Below, piece by piece: positions 12,640 to 23,725 of a DNA stretch of 64,000 nt. Below the pieces are notes generated by a model. That model was not told where the DNA came from. It searched no databases and was given only the letters and a program-made list of their open reading frames with translations. Both the position numbers and the translations under genes were made by a program. Numbering within the stretch: the first letter of the stretch is position 1; every line of letters starts with the position of its first letter. Origin of the DNA: Octopus sinensis (lineage: Eukaryota); NCBI RefSeq assembly GCF_006345805.1, contig NC_043001.1, positions 62,062,001-62,126,000 on the forward strand. Direction: 5' to 3'.

Positions 12640-13240
12640 CATCTCCATTTTGGATGAAAACATGGAAGTTCTTAGGAATTCACAATAAAGACATGTGAAG
12701 AAAACAAGAAATCAAGGGACGCTACTCTTGGATGAGACCTTTTGAGTGATTAGCTCCCTTGGGTTTGACTTTTGAGAGAAAACTGTGCTGAATGAGAACT
12801 TTGTTAGCATTGTATTATATTCTGGGTATGTGTATTGTTTGTATGTTGAAGAAGTCCATCACAGAGGCATGTATCTTTTATGTGTGGAGTTCATGTGTTG
12901 TATATATTCAAAATTAAGACCAAAACCATGGATTCCAATGGAGTAACAAAAAGATATATTAGAATGATATATCAAGGAAAGACACACACAAATTCTGGCA
13001 TTATTCAGGGACAAAAATAAAAGACATATGACATCTCTATCCAGATATCATGGAGCATTATTGCTAAAGCCAGAAAAAACAGGGGATGGGGCACAAAATG
13101 TGAGCTTTGTATTACTGAAAAGCTAAATATCTTCCAGTTAAAAGATAACATCTTAAACATCAGGGATGAAACCTTCTCTCTCTGCATACACAAGCAATGT
13201 TTTACACAACAGCATTTCAAAGAGGAGCCACCACCCACTC
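12640..13240 (+). mobile_element. Penelope-like GIY-YIG remnant
   Basis: Manual translation from about 13025: TYDISIQISWSIIAKARKNRGWGTKCELCITEKLNIFQLKDNILNIRDETFSLCIHKQCF; upstream GVTKRYIR (YIG-like). Confidence 0.75.
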
Positions 13241-13359
13241 TGCTGATCCCACCAGGATAGTTTCTTTCCCTGAATGTGTACGTGTTTGTGTGTGTGTGCA
13301 TATATATATATATATATATAAAGAGAGAGAGACAATAAATTACATAGAGCTATGTAAAA

Positions 13360-13522
13360 GCATCCAGTACACTCTATAAAATGGTTGGTATTAGGAAGGG
13401 CATCCAGCCATAGAAACTATGTTTAATCAAACTGGAGCCTGGTGCAGCTGTCAAGCTTCCTAGCTCTGGTCAAACCGTCCAACCCATGCCAGCTTGGAAA
13501 ACAGAGAGTAAAAGATGATGAT
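13360..13522 (+). mobile_element. RTE 3' terminal fragment
   Basis: ggttggtattaggaagggcatccagc...ccaacccatgccagc...gatgatgat. Confidence 0.8.
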
Positions 13523-13534
13523 ATATATATATAT

Positions 13535-13748
13535 GTATGTATGTGTTTGTGTGTCTGTTTTTGTCCCCCACCATCGTCTGACATCCAATGGTGGCGTGTC
13601 TACATTCCCGTAGCTTAGTAGTTTGGCAAAATAGACCAATAGAGTAAGTACTAGCCTTACAAAGAATAAGTCCTGGGGTCAGTTTGTTCGACTAAAGTTA
13701 GTGCTCCAGCATGGCTGCAGTCACATGACTGGAAAAAATAAAAGAATA
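13535..13748 (+). mobile_element. SINE family A, 3' half
   Basis: ttacaaagaataagtcctggggtc...gtgctccagcatggctgcagtc, shared with the copies at 14316, 25724 and 42672. Confidence 0.8.
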
Positions 13749-13754
13749 TATATA

Positions 13755-14153
13755 TTGGGTTGTCCAGAAAGTTTGTGCCGATTTTTAAACGAAAGAAAGA
13801 AAAAGGTCGATAATTACTTGCCATTACATTTTTAATCAACCAAATATGAACCATTTTGTTGCACAATGCATCTCCATCTTTCCTTTAACTTGAAAATACC
13901 CTCTTCCCAGAATTGAGGTAGTTTTGTGGCAAAGAATTCATCAAGGTATCTTTTTACGTCATCCAAGGAATTGAAATTTTTACCATTAAGACCTGAATAA
14001 GTGGAAATCTGAAGGAGCAATATCTGGTGAATATGGAGGGTGGGGTAACACATCCCAGCCAAGCTGCAGCAATTTTTGTCTGGTTCCCAAAGCATCAAGT
14101 GCCGAAATAAGTCAAAAAGTAAGCTACCATAAATCGGCACAAACTTTCTGGAC

Positions 14154-14160
<7 letters not shown>
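13755..14160 (-). mobile_element. Internally deleted mariner (MITE-like) with ~29-bp TIRs
   Basis: TIRs ttgggttgtccagaaagtttgtgccgatt / aatcggcacaaactttctggacaatccaa flanked by TA; peptide [20 protein letters not shown]...WEEGIFKLKERWRCIVQQNGSY. Confidence 0.92.
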
Positions 14161-14189
<29 letters not shown>

Positions 14190-14197
<8 letters not shown>

Positions 14198-14310
14198 ATA
14201 TTAGGGAGTAAATCCAAACTTACAGGGAAAAATTAGATTTAGGATTTATTTTATTTTATTTTGTTTAAATATTTCTGATTATTTATTAAAATATTACAAT
14301 TAACCTGAAG
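14190..14310 (-). repeat. Tail of an AT-rich, (AT)n-anchored repeat family (also at 35858, 57395, 59200)
   Basis: taatattagggagtaaatccaaacttacagggaaaaattagattt is shared by four loci, always next to (AT)n. Confidence 0.7.
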
Positions 14311-14315
14311 ATTGA

Positions 14316-14734
14316 CTCTCTTTACTCTTTTACTCTTTTACTTGTTTCAGTCATTTGACTGCGGCCATGCTGGAGCATCGCCTTTAGTCGAGCAAATCGA
14401 CCCCAGGACTTATTCTTTGTAAGCCCAGTACTTATTCTATCGGTCTCTTTTGCCAAACCGCTAAGTGACGGGGATGTAAACACACCAGCATCAGTTGTCA
14501 AGCAATGCTAGGGGGACAAACACAGACACACAAACATACACACACACATATATATATACATACATATATACGACGGGCTTCTTTCAGTTTCCGTCTACCA
14601 AATCCATTCACAAGGCTTTGGTTGGCCCAAGGCTATAGTAGAAGACTCTTGCCCAAGATGCCACGCAGTGGGACTGAACCCGGAACCATGTGGTTGGTAA
14701 GCAAGCTACTTACCACACAGCCACTCCTGTGCCT
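14316..14734 (-). mobile_element. Full-length SINE family A (tRNA head, internal (AC/AT)n, (TACTCTT)n-type tail)
   Basis: Minus head aggcacaggagtggctgtgtggtaagtagc...ggttccgggttcagtcccac; highly similar to 42672-43085. Confidence 0.9.
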
Positions 14735-14962
14735 GTAACCATAATTCGAATTATTAATTGAATTTAAATTATTGTTATTCGAATTGGTTACGGGCATGAA
14801 ACGATCGTAGTGTTTTTACTCTTTATTAAACTTTTAATACTTTTTGATAGTTATATAATTTTTTTTTTTAAATTATAATAATAATAAAAAAAAATTTTTT
14901 TAAATAAATAAATAAATAAAATAAGATAATAATAATAATAATAATAATAAATATATATATAT

Positions 14963-15520
14963 ATAATAGAAATATTAAAATTACTAAGTCTCTCTAAAGG
15001 AGATTACGGCAGCGTTACTGGAAATTAATAGTTATCGCCATACTAATATGGCAGTCTTATAAATATAAGACTAAAGCTGTCGCTGATTAGCTCCATGAGG
15101 CCATCGCCTTAAGCTAGCTATTTAACACACAAACTGCGTCCATTATAAACCTTCGAACAAGGGAGGTCAGCCGCTTCATCCTGCCAGTCAGACAGCTACA
15201 GACGTTTCAGGGTTGTTGCCCCTTATCAATGCAGCGTAGTCAGACTTGCAGGTGTCGCTACTGATCGTCCCAGTTCGAAGGCTTTATTTACCTAGTTTCA
15301 ATGGAATACATCCACTTGTTTTCAATAATAGAAATATTAAAATTACTAAGTCTCTCTAAAGGAGATTACGGCAGCATTACTGGAAATTAATAGTTATTGC
15401 CATACTAATATGGCAGTCTTATAAATATAAGACTAAAGCTGTCGCTGATTAGCTCCATGAGGCCATCGCCTTAAGCTAGCTATTTGACACACAAACTGCG
15501 TCCATTATAAACCTTCGAAC
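14963..15520 (-). mobile_element. Non-coding ~362-bp unit present as a 1.5-mer with a decayed hammerhead; retrozyme/pLTR-like
   Basis: Direct repeat aatattaaaattactaag... at 14971 and 15333; the minus-strand 3' end abuts (AT)n. Confidence 0.75.
15195..15235 (-). ncRNA. Decayed minimal type I hammerhead ribozyme
   Basis: gctgca-TTGATAA-gggg caacaa ccct-GAAACGTC-tgtagc; stems I and II pair, but the core has two substitutions relative to CUGAUGA. Confidence 0.6.
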
Positions 15521-15739
15521 AATAATTTTTTAGATTTTAACTTTAATTTAAATATTTTAATTTGGAATTTTATATTTTTTATATTTTATATTTAATATTA
15601 TTTTTAATTAATTTTATTTCTGTGTATTGGCTTATGATTTTCACTGTTTGATTTGCCTAATAGTGGTTTTATCTCTAATTTAATATAATATATATATATA
15701 TATATATACATAAAGATCCAAGGATCATGGTGTAGGAAG

Positions 15740-16340
15740 AAGGTTAGCTTCAAACAGTTTCTAATAAATATAAAAACCGACTTTCAGGAACAATAGTGGT
15801 TTATCAAGATGAAAGGTTGTGGACGTTTTGTATAAACTGAATGAAGTTCTTTTTATATTTCACGGTTTTATAACAAACACGAAATCTGTTTGGCGTATTC
15901 TAATAGCAGAAATATTGCACAAATAATAGCAGCTCACAGTGAAAAGATAACCTTGAAAATTTTTTTTAAAACTATTCTGATCGCAGTGGGAAAGTGAATA
16001 TTGAGAATAACAATAATGATCTAAAAAATGTTAAACTGAATAAGAAAACTTGTACAGAAAGAAACGCTGCAAATATAACCATCATGAAAAGGCAAACAAC
16101 CCTGTTTAATAAAATAAATGACATTGAATCCAATAAGAATTCCTCTAGAAAGAGAAGTAATATAACATTATATGAAAATGTTAATAATAATAAAGAATTT
16201 AGGAAACACAAATTTGGTTTTGCCTCTAACAATCAAATTAATTTGAAATCTAAGCAAAATATACAAAATAATCTCTGCAGTTGTTCTAATTAAAATTCAC
16301 GTTCTGTCAATAATAAATGCAAAACAAAAAATGTGGCATG
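15740..16340 (+). mobile_element. Penelope-like remnant (thumb, Asn/Lys-rich linker, Cys motif)
   Basis: SNSRNIAQIIAAHSEKI matches the 2539-2823 peptide; downstream NLCSCSN*NSRSVNNKCKTKNVACK. Confidence 0.7.
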
Positions 16341-16680
16341 TAAGATGTAAATTTACATCAGAGGGAACTAGCTAACTAAATTAAGTACCAGTGAAACACT
16401 GGGGTCAATGTAATCAACTAGTCTCCTCCCCACAAAATTTCAAAGCATTGTGCCTTCAGTAAAAAGGATTATAATTTATTATTATTATAGTTAGCAGCAT
16501 TTCGTTGGTTTTTATGTTCTGAGTTCAAATTCCACCAAGGTCGACTTTACCTTTAATCTTTTCAAGATTAATAAACTAAGTACTGGTTGTGTACTGGGGT
16601 CGATGTAATCGACATTCCCCTCCTACAAATTTCAGGCCTTGTGCCTATCTATAGTAGAAAGGATTGCTATTAATATTGTT
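16340..16680 (+). mobile_element. Two partial copies of SINE family B
   Basis: aaattaagtaccag...ctggggtc(a/g)atgtaatc appears twice; B-box gagttcaaattcc at about 16520. Confidence 0.75.
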
Positions 16681-16710
16681 GTTGTTGTTGTTGTTGTTAT
16701 AATATATCTG

Positions 16711-16803
<93 letters not shown>

Positions 16804-17329
16804 CCTCTTCTCTTCCTTACATTTCCTCTTTTTCATGCACTATGCTTATGCTTATATCTCTCTCCCTAATCCTGGTCCTCAGTATCCTGTTCACTGTATC
16901 TTAGCTATCCTGTTTTCTCCCACCTCCTCTATATACCCACGTTTCACCAGTCACTGCATTCCCCACACTCTTTGCATTCATGTGAAATCTTTACTCCCTA
17001 ATCATACTCCCTTAGCAATACTCTACTATCCCGTTTATATTCTGATCCCCATACCTTGAGGGTATGCCCTTGCACATCACCACCATCTCTTTCTCTCTCA
17101 CTCTCTCTTGCATTCTCATCCTTTCTCTCCCTTCCACTCACTTTCTCATTCTTGATCACTTTCACTCTCTCTTTTGCTTTATCACTGGATAACCATGTAT
17201 CTCCTCTACAGCAATACGCCTGTTTCTATCCTCATTCTTGATCTCTCTCCCTCTCTCTCTCCTTCTCTCACCTTCTCTATTCCACTGACTGGGTAACTAT
17301 GTATCTCCTTTACAGCAAGACATCACAAA

Positions 17330-17605
17330 GCGATCTTTCTTTTGCAACTTACTTGGTGACCCTGCCAAAGCTGGGGCATGCAGTCCACACTGTAAAGTGG
17401 TTGATGTTCAGAGGGACATCCAGCTGTAAAAACCATGCCAAAACAGGCCTTGCCAGTGCTGGTGCCACATAAAAAACATTCAGTCCCTGCCAAAACAGAC
17501 AGTGAAGCTAGGTGCAGCCCTCTGCCTAGCCAGCCTCTGTCAAATCATCTAACCTATGCCAACTTGCAAAGCAGACATTTAACGATGATGATGATGATGA
17601 TGATA
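17330..17605 (+). mobile_element. RTE 3' terminal fragment with (GAT)n tail
   Basis: catccagctgtaaaaaccatgcc...gacatttaac(gat)n. Confidence 0.75.
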
Positions 17606-17629
17606 TACCACTCTATTCAGTGACTCAAC

Positions 17630-18328
17630 CAGCTCAGGGAAACACTGACCAAGATGAATCAGCAAAGCTTGTCCTTCAACCAATATCATAGAATTTGTCA
17701 GCTCCTTCATCTATTTGAGCTCCACAGTCACCAACAATAAAGATCTGATCCTGGAGATCAACTGCAGATGTGGTCTGGCCACTGGAGTAATGTACTGCTC
17801 TATCCCCCGGAAGATGAAGCTCCATATCTACAATGTGTTGATCCTTTCCAGTTTCCTCTATGAAGCAGAAGTGTAGACTCTCATGAAGGCCCTGATAAAG
17901 AGAATCAGCAGCTCTGATAGCAGAGCCCTCAAAACCATTGACAACACCAGATGTCACTATCATGTATTCAACAAAGAGCTGCATGCACACACACACATCA
18001 GCCACAGCCTCCTGCCTCATAGCCATCGACCACATGTGCTGGTATGAACATATCCTCCACCTCCCACTAGATCATCCTACCAGGGCCTTACACTTGTTCA
18101 ATGCAGCAGCTGCAGGTTGGAAGAGGCCCTGCACCAGATGGCTGGACAGGATTAAGGAAGATCTCCAGAGTCTCAATGTCATCTTGAAGGATACATAGGG
18201 GCTGACATGGGACTGCCAGCAATAGGGAGCACTGGTGGTCTTGGTTGGCTCTATGCATGATGATACTTCTGAAACCACTAACCTTGGGTGACCCCAGCCC
18301 CATCAAGCAAGAACATGAAACAAGCATG

Positions 18329-18330
<2 letters not shown>
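17630..18330 (+). mobile_element. Degenerate RTE-type RT/thumb fragment (different subfamily)
   Basis: IIEFVSSFIYLSSTV...KMKLHIYNVLILSSFLYEAEV...CWYEHIL...WKRPCTRWLDRIKEDL. Confidence 0.75.
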
Positions 18331-18399
<69 letters not shown>

Positions 18400-18568
18400 A
18401 ACCTAGTCACCATCTCCATATCAGCTCACCTGGATTTCTCTTATAGCCACTCTTTACCCCATGCACCTAATACTCAATAAAGATTTCGAAATTTAAGTTC
18501 AAATCATTTGACCACTATAGTGTGTTTTCTATATTAAGCATCTCTAGCTCTCAACATACTTATATATA

Positions 18569-19483
18569 TCTGTATACTAATAAAAGTGAAGTTCAATTTT
18601 GCTTGTTTGAAATGTTGCACAACCAAACTGGCACATAATGGGAAAATACTATGAATTAATTTGCTCCTGAAATGTTAATATGAATGGAATATAACATGTT
18701 TCACGTAAATTGGACCAGTAGTTATTGAGATATTAGGGGTTTGGAGGTATAGATACCCAAAATGGTGCGTAATGGGAAAATATTCCAAATATAACTTCAT
18801 CTTGAAAGGGAAAAAACTCTAACCTTTCAATTAGACACAGTAACTTGGCAACAAGAAATTACAATTTGTTTGTTTTACAATAAATGTTTCTATTTTCACT
18901 TTTGTTAAACATAATATTTTAATCATTTAGAAATATTTTTAAGTGAATGTCATTTCAAAAATGTAAGTTGTTTGTACAGTAAGTATTAATATTTTAGCTT
19001 TCTTTAAACAGACAACATTTTAATGGTTTTTTAAAATTATTTTCTAGTGAATACCATTACAAAACTTTTTTTTGGCATATTTAAAAAATATTTTAAAATG
19101 AAAATGACTTTAAAAATACGGTAAATATTTCATAAAAGACCCATTCCTAACCTCAATGTGAAATAATTTTTTCCATAGGTTTTTTTTTAGTGCATTCAAC
19201 GTATCTCACCTCCAAAGATTTGGCAGCTATTTCTAGCATGCCTTGCTACCATGTAACAGCTATTTGCAATAAAGGACCTGAAATACCTGTTACATGGTAG
19301 CGGGGCATGCAAGAAATAGCAACCAAATCTTTCCTTTTCTAGGGAAAGGAGCCATTTACACATGATTTTGATATCACATTCATTGAAAGCATGCAAAATA
19401 ACCTAGAAAAGGAAAAAAAAACAAAACAAAACTCCATTGCTGGGAATGTATACTAGACTACCGTTGGGTCACCGGTAGCCTAG
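18569..19483 (+). mobile_element. Candidate non-autonomous Helitron
   Basis: 5' A|TCTGTATACTAATAAAAG; 3' hairpin ctaccg-ttgggtcac-cggtag followed by cCTAG (the next base is C, not the usual T). Confidence 0.5.
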
Positions 19484-19499
19484 CATGTGTGTGTGTATA

Positions 19500-19530
<31 letters not shown>

Positions 19531-19542
19531 TATATATATATA

Positions 19543-20781
19543 TTGGGTCATCCCATAAATAATGTGGTTTTTTATACTTCTTTTATTTTTCATAATTAAG
19601 ACAAAGTTCTTTCTAAATCTATAATATACTCTCCTTCATTTTCTACAATGCTCATCCATCTCTCTGGTAGACTTGCAAGGTCCCTCTTCCAAAATACACT
19701 TGTCCATGATGAAAAATACTCCTCCAGTACTGTCCTGACCTCATCTACAGAATTCGTAAATTTTCCGTCCAAATAATTTTGAAAACTGCAGAATAAATGA
19801 TAATCAGATGGAGTAATGTCCAGCGAATATGGTGGGTGAAGTATCAAACTGCTCCAGCCTTTGGAATGTCATCCTTGCTGTATGTGGCCAAGCATTATCC
19901 TGATGGAAGAACACCTTTCATCTTGAAACCAAAGGTGGTTGTTTTTCTTCTAGTGCTGACTTAAGCCACTCAAACTGCTTGCAGTAGATCTCCTTTGTTA
20001 TTGTTTGGTTTGGGTTTAAAAGTTCAAAGTGGACTAAACCTTTCATATCCCACCAAACAAATAACAACACATTACGTGAGTGAAAACCTTCTTTAGTCTA
20101 GAGTGCTGGTGTTTTCTCTAGCGCTTGACATTTTTATAGAGAACCCATTTCTCACCACCAGTCACTATTTGGTCCAAAAAAGATTCATTTGTGAGACATG
20201 ACAGCAAAGCAGAGCACACATTCATTCTCTGCGTGCAACTAGACTCAGAAAGTTTGTGAGGAACCCATTGACCTAATTTGCTGACTTTTCCAATGGCACG
20301 CAGATATCAATAAATGGTTGAATGACCAAATCCAAGTTCTCTGCTAGTTCCTCAGCAGTTCCAGTGGGATTTTGGTCCACTAGGGTTTGCAGGACATCCT
20401 TGTCGAGCTCTACAGATCTTCCAGAATGATCTTCTAGGCTGTAATTTCCGGTTCAGAATTTCCTGAACCACCATTGACACTGACTTACATTTATTGTCTG
20501 ATCCCCATATACTGCATTTATATTCCTTGTACTTTCCATTGCATTGTTACCTTTATTGAACTCATAAAGCAAAATATTCTGAATATGCTCCTTTGCCCCT
20601 TCCATTATAGCTTTTAAAAAATAACTGTTAAAATCGAACTGCACTCTTCAAAACTTGCACTAAAAATAAGGACAAAGTTAAATTACTACCTGCTTTTATA
20701 GCAAGTTGATGCAGGTAGGTTATCCCTCCAACTTTTAGTTCATACAACTGAAAAAACCACATTATTTATGGGATGACCCAA
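19543..20781 (-). mobile_element. Full-length (1239 bp) degenerate mariner transposon
   Basis: TIRs ttgggtcatcccataaataatgtggtttt / aaaaccacattatttatgggatgacccaa within (TA)n; HTH peptide MEGAKEHIQNILLYEFNKG and C-terminal HPPYSLDITPSDYHLF. Confidence 0.95.
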
Positions 20782-20799
20782 TATATATATATAAATATA

Positions 20800-20856
<57 letters not shown>

Positions 20857-20857
<1 letters not shown>

Positions 20858-21590
20858 CATATATGGGTACAGGACGTTACAAACAGAAAACAACATGAAA
20901 TACGAAAACAAATGAGTTGAATACACAAACAACATGAGAAACAAATGGAAAACAGGACAAGTTACATAAAGGATGACCCTTCATCAGTTGTCAACTGCCT
21001 ATCTACTACTCATTTCAAGCATTGAACGACAATATGACTCTTCGAACGCAGTTGCTCCCACAAATATCAAAATAAAATTTGGGATTTATGGAGGGTCAAG
21101 TTGGAAACAAAAACAAGACAGTGGAGACATACAAGGAAAGCAGACGAAAACAAACATGGAGGGTCATTAGACCAGAATGAGGGTAAAATAGCAAATGGTG
21201 GAGAAATATTTTCTTTGACAAGAGAAAAGATTGAAGAGAGAGATAGATAGGATATGTCCAGCCTCTAAGACAGCCCTGAAACAAAAGAAAGATGATCATG
21301 CGGAAAAGAAAGATGGACGACGGTCATGTGTGAGCAATGAGAGAGAAAGAAGAAAGAAGGGGAGAGAGAGAGAGATAGATAGAAAATGGTGAAAAGGAGC
21401 AAGAAGGATGAGAGAGAAAACGATAGGGGGAGAGAACAGAGTCGCATCAAAAAGATTAAAATAAACTTACTTGGAAATGGATGTGTGGCGTTCAATCAAA
21501 TAATAATATAAATAATATATATGTATGCATATGCATATATATATATATGCATATATGGGTACAGGACGTCACAAACAGTAAAACAACATG
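20857..21590 (-). mobile_element. Non-coding ~692-bp unit with a short terminal direct repeat and a hammerhead relic
   Basis: gcatatatgggtacaggacg at 20857 and 21549; minus gacaa-CTGATGA-agggtcatcc...ttgtc at 20956-20992 lacks GAAA; the 3' end abuts (AT)n. Confidence 0.55.
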
Positions 21591-21596
21591 AAATAT

Positions 21597-21682
<86 letters not shown>

Positions 21683-21719
21683 ATTATGTGGATAAACAAA
21701 TTAAATATAACAGCTTGTG

Positions 21720-22500
21720 TTTAGTATATAAAACATATATATATATGTATACATGCAAAACAAGAGAAAGCAAGACTTTCAGACAATGAATATTTAAGTA
21801 TAAATATATATTTATATTAATAGATCAAACTTACACAGAGTACAAATGACAGAAAATTAAAGGTGAGAAAGTGAAGTGTTGTAAGTTTAATAGCTGTTTC
21901 TGGGGGCTCAGAGAACCGTCAGATGTAGTTCATCACAATATGCAAACTGTAATGGAAGCAATCAACATTGTATTTGACTGTATAAATGTAAACAAACAAA
22001 TATTTGTTTTCTTATTGTACAGAGTGCAGAGTTGCTGTTAGAACAGCAAAAATACTGGGTAAATTACCCTTATGAGGTGGGAAAATTTGTCAGCAACCAA
22101 CTATGGGACTCAAACCTATATCCCTCAAAGACTCCAGTTGAGTGCTTTACCATATTAAGCTAAACTGCTCACTGACAAAATGACCACCAAATATAGATGC
22201 TAAATACTTTTAGCTTTATAGAACAACCATGTGTGTATAAATGTAAACAAACAAATATTTGGAGTTTTTTTTTAAGCATCAAAATGTGTATTGTACAATA
22301 CAAATAAGAAGATGATACTTTTTCGAATGTGGAGTTGCTGCTTAATGGTAAACCACTTAGCCAGTCTTTGAGGAATGTGGGTTCAAGTCCCATGGCTGGT
22401 TATTGACAAATTTTTGCACCTTCTAATGGTAGTTAACCCAGTATTTCTGCTATTCTAATGGCAACTCTGTATTTTAAAAAATATCATTTTCTTATTTGTA
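21720..22500. mobile_element. Head-to-head pair of tRNA-headed repeats; the minus copy has a hammerhead relic
   Basis: Minus head (22175 to 22100) has ggtttgagtccc and the plus head (22325-22395) has ggttcaagtccc, with homologous bodies; minus TGATGA...GAAACAGCT at about 21885-21935. Confidence 0.6.
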
Positions 22501-23025
22501 TCATGTGTGTGTGTGTGTGTATACATATGTTGTTCCTACACCTTTGTCTTTTTCTATAAATTTGAACAATATATATGTATGTATATGGCATTGGTATCAA
22601 AGAAGGTGGACAGTGGTAAGTAGTACCCTAGATCTAGTAGTAGATCCCTAGGAATACTTACTGGAAACAGCCACCTGGTACAGCATGCATAGAACAAGCA
22701 CATTCTTTACATACATGCACTTTGTTTTATATATATATATAGAACAAAGCAGTGAAATATATACATTATTTATAAATGTATACATTTACAGCCATAAACA
22801 TTTGTGTACATGTATGTATATATGTGTGTGTGTGCATATATATATATGTAATTATAAGCTCCAAGGATCTAAGTGTATGAAGTTTATAAGCTTCGAGCAA
22901 TGTACAAAAAACAATGTTCAGGAACAATAATAATTTATTGGTAAAGGTTGTAGGCTTTTTCCCATATCAAAGTTCAATAAGCTGAAAAAGTTTTTTTTTA
23001 TAGCTCATGGTTAGTAGCATGAGTT

Positions 23026-23210
23026 ATCATCATCATCATTTAACGTCTGTTGTCCATGTTGGCATGGGTTGGATGGTTTGACCTGGACTCGTACGCTGAG
23101 AGGCTAAACAGACTTCAGTCTAATTTGGCATGGCTGGATACTCTTCCTAATGAATGTAAAGGGTTCTTCTATGTGCCACCAGCAAGGCTGCCAGTTGTGT
23201 GACTCCAGTA
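23026..23210 (-). mobile_element. RTE 3' terminal fragment
   Basis: (cat)n ttaacgtc...tccatgttggcatgggttggatgg. Confidence 0.75.
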
Positions 23211-23236
23211 TCTGTCACAGCTATGAAAATTGTTAT

Positions 23237-23313
23237 TGCCCACAGAGAGACCCTCAGATTTCATCACTCAACTACATAAGAGTCTGATGCTCTACCAACT
23301 GAGCTATGTGGGC
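23237..23313 (-). pseudogene. tRNA-Lys(CTT)-like gene with a 17-nt intron and no T-arm
   Basis: gcccaca ta gctc agttggta gagc a tcaga ctCTTa [tgtagttgagtgatgaa] a tctga gggtc tctc tgtgggc a: perfect acceptor, D and anticodon stems; T-arm/B-box absent. Confidence 0.75.
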
Positions 23314-23344
23314 TCACCACATGTGAATAAAAATCCAGATTGAG

Positions 23345-23725
23345 GAAGTGGAGCTGATAAAATTCAGGCGACATATGTTTCCTAGCTAGCAGAATCTCAA
23401 ATGTAATAATTCCTACATGAGAGGTACTCAGCTAGCAACTCATAATACCTTAATTATACGAAGGAGATATTGTTGTCAAGGAATCCCAAGTTATTTCACT
23501 GAAGCTATAATTTGAAAACAAAAAAGATATCATTTTAAATTATATTTTCAGGGAGTTAACTTAGGATTTCTTAACAGCAAAATGTAACCTTCATATAATT
23601 AGGGTATTTTCGGCCTGATGAGCAGGCAGCTGAGTACCCCCCATTGAGTAATTGTTACATCAGAGGATCTGCTAGCTAGGAAACATATACAGTCTGGATT
23701 TTACCTATTCCACTCCCTCAGTTTG
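23345..23725. ncRNA. Inverted pair of complementary-damaged hammerhead motifs
   Basis: Plus 23611-23696: cggc-CTGATGA...gctagctag-GAAAC-ATAT-ACA. Minus 23365-23445: ...gctagctag-GAAAC-ATAT-GTC-gcctg with the CUG deleted. Confidence 0.65.

Noticed and set aside
14284-14815. Hammerhead split by the SINE (CTGAAGA at about 14304, GAAACGATCGTA at about 14798)
   Set aside because: Stem I and stem II do not pair convincingly across the SINE
15994-16293. 99-aa Asn/Lys-rich ORF as a host gene
   Set aside because: It lies between PLE thumb and Cys motifs and is better explained as a PLE linker
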